This document shows, in pieces, positions 16,881 to 24,403 of a stretch of DNA of 32,000 nucleotides (the first letter of the stretch is position 1; every line of letters begins with the position of its first letter). This DNA comes from Propionibacterium freudenreichii subsp. freudenreichii (GTDB lineage Bacteria; Actinomycetota; Actinomycetes; Propionibacteriales; Propionibacteriaceae), in the NCBI RefSeq assembly GCF_000940845.1, contig NZ_CP010341.1, positions 2,490,001 to 2,522,000 of the forward strand, in the 5' to 3' direction. The translations under genes were made by a program, and so were the position numbers. Under the pieces are notes generated by a model. The model made no database searches. It worked only from the letters and a program-made list of their open reading frames with translations, and was not told where the DNA came from.

Positions 16881-18071
16881 TCAGGCGTTTGCCGGAAGCA
16901 GCGCGGCGAGCTTCTCGAGGCGCTTCAACGATTCGGTGAGAATCTCATCGGCCTTGGCGAAATGCAATCGGATATAGCGGTTGACCGGCTCGTGGAAGAA
17001 GCTTGACCCGGGCACGGCCGCCACGCCGATCTCACGGATCACCCATTCGCAGAATTCAAGATCGGTCATATTCGCGAATTGCGGCAGCGCCAGGAAATCA
17101 GCGACGTCGATCATCACGAAATAGGTGCCCTGCGGCCAGGTGATGGTGAATCCCAGTTTCTCCAGGCCACCGCACAGCAGATCACGCTTGTGGGTGTAGG
17201 TCGCCTGGAGCTGCTTGTAGTAGTCGGGGCCCAGCCTCAGGCCCACCACGGCGGCCTCTTGTAGCGGGGCGGCCGCGCCGACGGTGAGAAAGTCATGCAC
17301 CTTGCGGGCTGCCTCGATCACCCGGGCCGGGCCGATCAGGAAACCGAGACGCCAGCCGGTCATCGAATAGGTCTTCGACAATGAATTGCAGGTGATGGTG
17401 CGGTCGAACATGCCGGGCAGGCTGGCCACCGGCACGTGCACATTGGGCGCATAGATGATGTGCTCGTAGACCTCATCGGTGATGACGAAGGCGTCGTATT
17501 TGGTGGCCAGCCTCGCGATCACCTCCAGCTCCTCGCGAGTGAACACCTTGCCGGTGGGATTCGACGGATTGCAGACGATGATCGCCTTGACGCCACGGGC
17601 AAAGGCGGCCTCGAGGATCACCGGGTCGAACGAGAAATCGGGCGGATCGAGCGGCACGAAGATCGGATCGGCACCCGACAGGATGGCGTCGGCGCCGTAG
17701 TTCTCGTAGAAGGGGCTGAACACGATCACCTTGTCGCCGGGATCGCAGACGGTCATCACCGCGGCCATCATCGCCTCGGTACCGCCACAGGTGACCACGA
17801 TCTCACTGGCCGGGTCGATGGTGCGTCCGATGGTGGGCGAGTATTTGTCGGCAAGTGCCTCACGGAAGTTCTGAGCGCCCCAGGTGGTGGCGTACTGATG
17901 TGGCCCCTCATAGGCCACCTGCGCCAGCCGGTCGAGCACCGGAAGGGGCGGCGGAAAATCAGGGAATCCCTGCGACAGATTGATCGACCCGGGCGTTTCA
18001 GCGTTGATCCGGGTCATCCGGCGGATGACCGAGTCGGTGAACGTGGCAACGCGTGCAGACAGTTGGGGCAT
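16881..18071 (-). CDS. PLP-dependent aminotransferase, class I (YbdL/KAT/MtnE-like)
   Basis: 396 aa. NLSQGFPDF, NPSNPTG, and the PLP-lysine motif SLSKTYSMTGWRLGF. Confidence 0.9.
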   Translation of the reverse strand: MPQLSARVATFTDSVIRRMTRINAETPGSINLSQGFPDFPPPLPVLDRLAQVAYEGPHQYATTWGAQNFREALADKYSPTIGRTIDPASEIVVTCGGTEAMMAAVMTVCDPGDKVIVFSPFYENYGADAILSGADPIFVPLDPPDFSFDPVILEAAFARGVKAIIVCNPSNPTGKVFTREELEVIARLATKYDAFVITDEVYEHIIYAPNVHVPVASLPGMFDRTITCNSLSKTYSMTGWRLGFLIGPARVIEAARKVHDFLTVGAAAPLQEAAVVGLRLGPDYYKQLQATYTHKRDLLCGGLEKLGFTITWPQGTYFVMIDVADFLALPQFANMTDLEFCEWVIREIGVAAVPGSSFFHEPVNRYIRLHFAKADEILTESLKRLEKLAALLPANA

Positions 18072-18163
18072 GGCTCCTTCTCACGCCGGCGGACGATGGG
18101 CCAGCTCTTTCCCCTCCCATTGTGCCCGCCCGGGCGCGGAGACCGCCTCACGACGGATGATGG

Positions 18164-18553
18164 TCAGTCGCGAGGACGTCCTTCAGCCTCCACGAGGCCC
18201 CGGATGCGGGATGCACCCTCAGCCACATCGAGGTGCCCTGCCGCGGCCGCCATGATCAGGTCGAACCAGTCGTCGTCACTGACATGGGAGATATCGATGC
18301 CATTTCCCATGAGAACAAGCGCAACCATCAGGAAACCAACTCGTTTGTTCCCATCGACAAATGGATGAGACCCTTCGACGGAATCCAAGAAGGCGGCCGC
18401 CTTCTCCCACAATGTTGGGTACACATCACTTCCACCGATTGTAGCCAGCGGTCGGTTCAGGGCAGCATCAAAGAGACCCCAATCTCGAGCGACGAACCCG
18501 TTGTTCACCACCCACGATTGGACATCGTCGAAGACCGACCACCACAGACTCAC
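18164..18553 (-). CDS. doc: Doc (death-on-curing) toxin, Fic-fold kinase
   Basis: 129 aa. Diagnostic Doc variant of the Fic motif HPFVDGNKRVG, with upstream RDWGLFDAALNRP...YP...KAAAFL. GTG start overlaps the upstream stop (GTGA). Confidence 0.85.
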   Translation of the reverse strand: MSLWWSVFDDVQSWVVNNGFVARDWGLFDAALNRPLATIGGSDVYPTLWEKAAAFLDSVEGSHPFVDGNKRVGFLMVALVLMGNGIDISHVSDDDWFDLIMAAAAGHLDVAEGASRIRGLVEAEGRPRD

Positions 18554-18753
18554 TGTGCGAGTCGCCGCATCAGGTCGGCACGTTCTGACGCGAGCTGGTC
18601 AAGAATTGAATGCGTGTAGGTGCGGGTCTGGCGCCGTTGCCATTCCTGACGCACCAGGTCAGCCACCAGCTGGTTCTTCGACTTTCCCTCCTGGGCAGCC
18701 ATCTGCTCGAGGAACTTGTCGTCGCTGTCGGAAAGACGTAGCTGCATGCCCAT
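18550..18753 (-). CDS. Ribbon-helix-helix (CopG/Arc-type) antitoxin partner of Doc
   Basis: 67 aa (MGMQLRLSDSDDKFLEQMAAQEGKSKNQLVADLVRQEW...), showing a beta-strand then helix-helix pattern. 4-nt overlap with doc. Start is the ATG at 18753 or 18747. The longer track ORF (to 18846) is unlikely. Confidence 0.65.
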   Translation of the reverse strand: MGMQLRLSDSDDKFLEQMAAQEGKSKNQLVADLVRQEWQRRQTRTYTHSILDQLASERADLMRRLAQ

Positions 18754-18762
18754 GCGCGCAAA

Positions 18763-18782
18763 GGTACCACCGCGGTACCACC
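18763..18782. promoter_or_regulatory. GGTACCACC-GC-GGTACCACC direct repeat of palindromic GGTACC cores; candidate TA operator
   Basis: Two identical 9-mers 11 bp apart centre to centre, starting 10 nt upstream of the antitoxin ATG in the 137-bp divergent region. Confidence 0.35.
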
Positions 18783-18890
18783 CCGGAGACGTCCAGGGAG
18801 CGAAGCCACCACCATCAGGCATGGCTCGCGATGGAGCAGCGGCCACGCGTCACAATGGAGGCGTCCCAGATTCCGGTCCGAGGAGATTCC

Positions 18891-19673
18891 ATGAGTGTGC
18901 GCGACAAGTTCCCCGCCGATGTGCTGACCACGCGTGACCGGGGGTTCCAGGCGCTCCAGTCGGCCTATGACCTGTGGGTCGGCGCGCGCTACAGCCGCGA
19001 GGGCTTCGAGGCGTTGGCGCCCCGCGACCAGGAGAAGGCGGCGCTCTACACGCTGCTCACCCGCACGATGAACGCCTCCTTCACCAGCTTCCTGGAGGAC
19101 GACGTCGCCACCTTCATGGGCACGGCGGCACAGCAGGCGTTGAAGAACATCGGCGCCACCGACACCCTGGCGATCATCGAGGAATACCGCCAGCACCTCA
19201 CGCCGTTCGCCGACGCACAGGCCTGGCCGCCCTATTCCCAGGTGCCCGAGGCCGACAACGACAACGAGCTGGTGGCACGTCTGCACAAGGAATTCTTCGA
19301 CTACCCCGACGACATCGAGACCCTGGCCGCCGACTACTACGGCAACGACCCCGAGCCCACCGATGCGCCGAAGCTGCCCTCGTCGGGCGAGGAACTTGCG
19401 ATGGACATCGACGAGATCACCTACATCATCGAGGCGCGCTTCATCGGCGTCTTCGACCCGCCCACCGGCGATTACGGCACCTACGAGAGCTGGCCGGCCA
19501 TCCGCCTGCTGCCCAGGCAGCGCCGCCAGATCATCGAGGGTTGGCGCTACCAGATTCCCTATGGGGCCCATGCCACCGGCGATGACCTGGCGGAGGCGAG
19601 CACCTTCCTGTACCAGAACAACGTTGACCTCCAGGCCGCAGCGCAGGAGCAGCTGAAGGCCGCGACGAACTGA
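18891..19673 (+). CDS. Hypothetical acidic protein with a DUF4375 (DMP19-like)-type N-terminal domain
   Basis: ATG at 18891 with AGGAGA upstream, 260 aa. The pattern EKAALYTLLTRTMNASFTSFLEDD...ALKNIGATDTLAIIEEY...LHKEFFDYPDDIETLAADYY resembles the DUF4375 layout from memory. The antisense 384-aa ORF looks like a GC shadow. Confidence 0.5.
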   Translation: MSVRDKFPADVLTTRDRGFQALQSAYDLWVGARYSREGFEALAPRDQEKAALYTLLTRTMNASFTSFLEDDVATFMGTAAQQALKNIGATDTLAIIEEYRQHLTPFADAQAWPPYSQVPEADNDNELVARLHKEFFDYPDDIETLAADYYGNDPEPTDAPKLPSSGEELAMDIDEITYIIEARFIGVFDPPTGDYGTYESWPAIRLLPRQRRQIIEGWRYQIPYGAHATGDDLAEASTFLYQNNVDLQAAAQEQLKAATN

Positions 19674-19687
19674 GCGGACCCTCGGCG

Positions 19688-20293
19688 ATGAACAGCCCCC
19701 AGCCGGCCACGACGCGGTTCGCACTCTTCCTGCGCGGCATCAACGTGGGCGGGGTCAAGGTGCCGATGGCGCAGCTGCGCGAAGTGCTGACGCAGATGGG
19801 TGGCTCATCGGTGCGCAGCTGGCTGGCAAGCGGCAATGTGGCGTTGGACTGGCCGGGCGATGCCCCCGGCTTGCAGCGTGCCGCGGAGGCCGTGCTGGGT
19901 GAGCGCTTCGGTTACCGGGCGCGCGTGCTCGTGCGTCGTGTCGACGAGCTCGCCGCCATCATCGCGGCCTGCCCGTGGGCCCCCGACGACGGCTTCCACC
20001 GCTATGTGGTGTTGTTCGACGACGCCGACGACGCCGACGACGCCGCCCGGGCGCTGGCCGGCCTGGCCTCCCCCGGTGGTTCCGCGGGGGATCCAGGACG
20101 TGACGGGCCCGTGGTGCCCGCCGGAGCGCTCCTGGCCGGGGAGCGCGTCCAGTTGCACGGTGACCTGATCTATTGGCGCTGCCCCAAGGGCCGCACCACC
20201 GACAGTGCGTTCGGCAAGCAGCAGAACCGTGGGCCGGCGGTTCGGCGTCCAACCGTGCGCAACCTGCAGACATTGCAACGCATGGTGGGCTGA
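19688..20293 (+). CDS. DUF1697 domain protein
   Basis: N-terminus FALFLRGINVGGVKVPMAQLREVL...SGNVALD is the DUF1697 signature. Contains an in-frame (GACGACGCC)x3 insert (DDADDADDA). Confidence 0.8.
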   Translation: MNSPQPATTRFALFLRGINVGGVKVPMAQLREVLTQMGGSSVRSWLASGNVALDWPGDAPGLQRAAEAVLGERFGYRARVLVRRVDELAAIIAACPWAPDDGFHRYVVLFDDADDADDAARALAGLASPGGSAGDPGRDGPVVPAGALLAGERVQLHGDLIYWRCPKGRTTDSAFGKQQNRGPAVRRPTVRNLQTLQRMVG

Positions 20294-20335
20294 CGCGCGG
20301 CAGCGATAACCAAGTCCCCAGGGATCGCACCCGGG

Positions 20336-20404
20336 CCCTGGGTGGACACCTGTGCGGCGTCATTGCCGCACAGCTGTCCCCTTAACGGTGCCCACCTAAC
20401 AGGG
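20336..20404 (+). repeat. Hairpin repeat, copy 1 (core 20344-20379), nested in an outer inverted repeat; candidate bidirectional terminator
   Basis: GGACACCTGTGCGGC-GTCATT-GCCGCACAGCTGTCC, 14 of 15 positions paired. Outer arms CCCTG-GGTGG and CCACC-TAA-CAGGG. Lies between the convergent stops at 20293 and 20450. Confidence 0.7.
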
Positions 20405-20449
20405 AAACGGGGGCCGGCCACCCACAAGCGGCCGAACCGCGCCGCACCC

Positions 20450-22110
20450 CTAGGACTTCATCTGGCCGGTATTGGTCACCGGCGGGGCACCCAGGATCAT
20501 GTAGTGGGTCACCTGCGGGGCATCGTCGGCCAGGGCCCGCGCGGCGGTCAGCAGGTCCTCCTCATGACCGGTCCAGCGCACCGTGTGCTGCAGGATGTGC
20601 TCCTCCCAGCTGGGCACGGTGAACTCCTCGGCGAAGGAACCCTCAGCGTCGGTCTGCTCAAGCAGCTGCCACGACGCCGCACCCGTGCGCAGCCGCGCCG
20701 CCCGCACCGGCCACATGGCCTCGCGGAAGGCGTCGATGTTCTCCTTCTTCACGTGATAGGTGCTGCGCACCACCACCGGATCGCTCTTCGACTCGTCGAG
20801 CGACAGCACCGGCAGGTCGGTCGACAGGGCCACCACATTGCGGTCGAGCTTGCCCTTCACCTTGATCAGCGGCAGCAGCGGCACCGACAGCCCCGCCAGC
20901 AGCAGGAACACGCCCGCCACCACCAGCGTCCAGGCCACGCCCACGCGATCGGCGACGATGCCCCAGATGAACGAGCCGATCGCCTGTGAACCCATGAACA
21001 CCAGCAGGTACACCGACAGGCCGCGGGCGCGCACCCACTCGGGCAGCGTCAACTGCATGGCGACGTTCAGCGTGGTGAGGCTCAGGATCCAGGCGATGCC
21101 GGAGATCAGGGCGATCGGCCACATCACCTGCAGCGACACCTTGGCCACCGCCAGCGTGCCCAACCCGAACACGATCGCCGAGATGAACAGCGCGGTGGAG
21201 TTGCTCATGATCTGGCGCACCTTGTCCATGAGCAGCGCGCCGATGATGGCGCCCACGCCCAGCAGCACGAGCAGGGTCGAATAGCCGGCCGCGTTGGTGC
21301 CCATCAGGTCGTGCGCAGCGGTGGGCAGCAGGGCCCCCACAGGGCACATCCGGGGAAGGCGAACAGGACGCAGCGGATGAGGATGCGGCGGATGCCCGGC
21401 GCCGAACGCACGTAGCGCATGCCCGACAACAGCCCGGGCAGCACCTGCTCGCGCACGGCCGGCTGCTGCTGGGTGCCACGACGCCACAACACCAGCGCCA
21501 GGGCCACGGCCAGGAATGACACCGCGTTGATGCCGAAGACCATGGCCGGACCCGACGCCACCACGATGATGCCGGCGATGGCCGGCCCGATCGCGCGGGC
21601 ACCGTTCACCGTGATGCTGCCCAGCGACGACGCCTGCGGCAGCTCCTCACGGGGCACCAACTCGGGCTGGATCGCCTGCCAGGCCGGACCCATGATGGCG
21701 GCCGCGCAGCCAAGGATGAAGGTGAAGCCCAGCAGCTCCCACGGCCCCAGCCAACCGGCCGCCGTCACCACGGTCAGGGCCACGGCGATGGCCGCCGACA
21801 CCAGGCTCAGGGTCAGCAGCAGCCGCTTGCGGTTCACCAGGTCGGCCGCCACGCCCGCGAACAGGGACAGCAGCAACACCGGCAGGGTGCCGGCCGTCTG
21901 CACCCACGCCACCAGGGCGGGGCTACCCGCCTGCTCCACCAGGAACCACTGGGCACCAACGCTCTGCATCCAGCTGCCGATGTTCGACACCAGCTGGGCC
22001 ACGAAGAGCATCAGGAAAACCGGGCGTCGCAGGACGGCCAAGGAGCCACCCCCGGACGGCCGGGCCTTTTCGGTGTTCCTGCCCGACGTCTGTTTGTCGC
22101 TCACACCCAT
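20450..22110 (-). pseudogene. MFS transporter (EntS/MFS_3-like, with a ~110-aa soluble C-terminal extension) interrupted by a frameshift
   Basis: Two overlapping ORFs (22110-21304 and 21487-20450) read as one protein if the run at 21334-21338 (C5 on plus, G5 on the coding strand) is changed by +1 or -2 nt. That gives ...FAFPGCALW(G)ALLPTAAHDLMGTNAAGYS... Confidence 0.7.
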
Positions 22111-22266
22111 GAATCTACTACCGGGCCCGCGCGGAAACACCCGTATCAGCCACCAGCGTTGACGCCCCGCCGCAGCGCCCCCATTTGCCGTCCCACAAGC
22201 GCAAACGTGCACTGCTGCGAAAAGCCCCGACGCCCGCCGGGAAATCGCGCATCGACAGGCCGATCC

Positions 22267-22312
22267 CAGTTGTTGCCCAGTCGTTACCCGCACGACGCCT
22301 TGGTAACAACTG
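22267..22312. promoter_or_regulatory. Three copies of an 11-mer: CAGTTGTTGCC, CAGTCGTTACC (direct) and GGTAACAACTG (inverted); candidate operator or leader hairpin
   Basis: Read directly at 22267-22277, 22278-22288 and 22302-22312. They lie 75-120 nt upstream of the sugar ABC operon start at 22387. Confidence 0.35.
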
Positions 22313-22386
22313 CCGATCATTCGCGGTCCCTAGCCTCAACACGTTGCTTGGCCGCGGAACCAACGCGGCGGATTGGAAGGAAGCAC

Positions 22387-23394
22387 GTGACGGCAATCGA
22401 GTCGCACTACGTGGCGCCGGCCCCACCACAGGTATCCACACCCGAACCCCTGCCCGACCAGCCTGCCGGACGACGGCTGCGACGACATCCCCACCGGGGA
22501 CGCGCCAGCCGCAACGGCCTGCGCGAGAAGTTGCTGTTCGTGGCGCTCATCGCACCCAATGTGGTGCTCATCGCGGTGTTCGTCTACCGGCCGATCATCA
22601 TGAACCTCTACTACTCGTTGCTTGACTGGACGCTGGGCAGCTCGACGGCCAAGTTCGTCGGCCTGGGCAACTACGTGGAGTTCTTCACCTCCCGCGACGC
22701 CCCCAGCGTGCTCGGCACCACCGCCGTGTTCACCATCGCCACCGTGGGCGGGTCGATGGCGATCGGCCTGATGCTCGCCACGGTGCTCAACCGCCGCCTG
22801 ATCGGACGCAATGTGGCCCGCGCCACCGTCTTCGCGCCCTATGTGCTGTCGGGGGTGGGCGTCGGGCTGGTCTGGTCGTTCATCTTCGGCCCCACCATCG
22901 GCGTGCTGGCCGGCGTGCTGGCCGGCGTGCTGCGCAAGCTCAACGTGGCCTCACCGCAATGGTTCCTCGACCCGAAGCTGTCGCTGGTGATGGTGGTGCT
23001 GGTGTACGTGTGGAAGAACCTCGGCTACTGCGCGGTGATCTACCTGGCGGCGCTGCAGGCCGTGCCACGCGACGTGCTCGAGGCCGCAGCCCTGGACGGC
23101 GCCAGCCGCACCCGCACCTTCTGGTCGGTGATCTGGCCACTGCTGGGGCCCACGAACTTCTTCCTGCTGCTCACCACCCTGCTGGGCTCGCTGCAGGCGT
23201 TCGACATCATCCGCATCATGACGCCCATGGGCCAGGGCACCACCACCCTGATGTACAGCTCGTACCTGCAGGCCTTCGGCAGCTACAACCGGGCCGGCTA
23301 CTCGGCCGCCATCTCCACCGTGCTGTTGGTGATCCTGATGATCCTCACGCTGGTGCAGATGCGTCTGCTCGAACGAAGGGTGCACTACGCATGA
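22387..23394 (+). CDS. Carbohydrate ABC transporter permease (UgpA/MalF-like)
   Basis: GTG at 22387 with GGAAGGAAG upstream, 335 aa. Six TM helices and an EAA-type loop (EAAALDGASRTRTFWSVIWPLL). Confidence 0.85.
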   Translation: MTAIESHYVAPAPPQVSTPEPLPDQPAGRRLRRHPHRGRASRNGLREKLLFVALIAPNVVLIAVFVYRPIIMNLYYSLLDWTLGSSTAKFVGLGNYVEFFTSRDAPSVLGTTAVFTIATVGGSMAIGLMLATVLNRRLIGRNVARATVFAPYVLSGVGVGLVWSFIFGPTIGVLAGVLAGVLRKLNVASPQWFLDPKLSLVMVVLVYVWKNLGYCAVIYLAALQAVPRDVLEAAALDGASRTRTFWSVIWPLLGPTNFFLLLTTLLGSLQAFDIIRIMTPMGQGTTTLMYSSYLQAFGSYNRAGYSAAISTVLLVILMILTLVQMRLLERRVHYA

Positions 23395-24371
23395 GCGTCA
23401 CGATCAATCGTCCCCGCGGGGACCATCGCGAGACCGACACCGCCCACGACGACCGTGCCCGACGCAGGACGCTCAGCAAGCTGCTCAAGCGCGGCTCGCT
23501 GCGCCACGACCGCACCGACAATGCCCCGATCGGGGTGGTGGGACCCACCAGCCGCACGCGCACCCTGTTGGGCGGCTACCTGCCGCTGATCCTGGCGTCG
23601 CTGGCGGTTCTGGCGCCGCTGGCATGGATGGTGCTCGGCTCGTTCAAGGGCTCCAGTGAGATCGTCAACCAGAACGTGGTGTGGCTGCCCCACGACCCGA
23701 ACTGGGACGCCTACCTGACCGCCTCGCAGCGGGTGAACTTCCCGCGCCTGTTCGCCAACTCGGTGCTGGTGACCGCCGTCGGCGCCACCATCAAGCTGGT
23801 GCTCGCCGTGCTCAGCGCCTACGCCCTGGTGTTCATCCGGTTCCCGTTCAAGCGGGTGATCTTCATGTTCATCCTCGCGGCGCTCATGGTGCCGGCGCAG
23901 GTGTCGATGCTGCCGAACTACATCCTCATCTCCGGGATGGGCGGGGTGAACACCTACTGGGGCATCATCCTGCCGGGCCTGGGCACCGCGTTCGGCACCT
24001 TCCTGCTGCGCCAGCACTTCATGTCGCTGCCCGGCGAGGTCCTGGAGGCCGCCAAGCTCGACGGCGCCGGGCACCTGAGCCGCCTGCTGCGCATCGTGGT
24101 GCCGATCTCCACCCCGGCGATCGCCACCGTGGCGTTGGTCACGATCGTCGACGAGTGGAACTCCTACCTCTGGCCGCTGGTCATCACCAATGACGACACC
24201 CGCATGACGCTGCCGGTGGGCCTGACGCTGCTCAAGAACATCGAGGGCGATCCCAGCGCCTATCCCGTGCTGATGGCCGGCGCGGTGCTGGTGATCGTGC
24301 CGGTGATCGTCATCTTCCTATTCCTCCAGCGATACATCGTCGCCGGACTCACGCAGGGCGCAGTCGACTGA
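23391..24371 (+). CDS. Carbohydrate ABC transporter permease (UgpE/MalG-like)
   Basis: ATGA overlap with the previous gene, 326 aa. EAA loop EAAKLDGAGHLSRLLRIVVPI. Confidence 0.85.
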   Translation: MSVTINRPRGDHRETDTAHDDRARRRTLSKLLKRGSLRHDRTDNAPIGVVGPTSRTRTLLGGYLPLILASLAVLAPLAWMVLGSFKGSSEIVNQNVVWLPHDPNWDAYLTASQRVNFPRLFANSVLVTAVGATIKLVLAVLSAYALVFIRFPFKRVIFMFILAALMVPAQVSMLPNYILISGMGGVNTYWGIILPGLGTAFGTFLLRQHFMSLPGEVLEAAKLDGAGHLSRLLRIVVPISTPAIATVALVTIVDEWNSYLWPLVITNDDTRMTLPVGLTLLKNIEGDPSAYPVLMAGAVLVIVPVIVIFLFLQRYIVAGLTQGAVD

Positions 24372-24403
24372 TGGCGCTCACATCCCGAGGAGAGAAACTC
24401 TCA

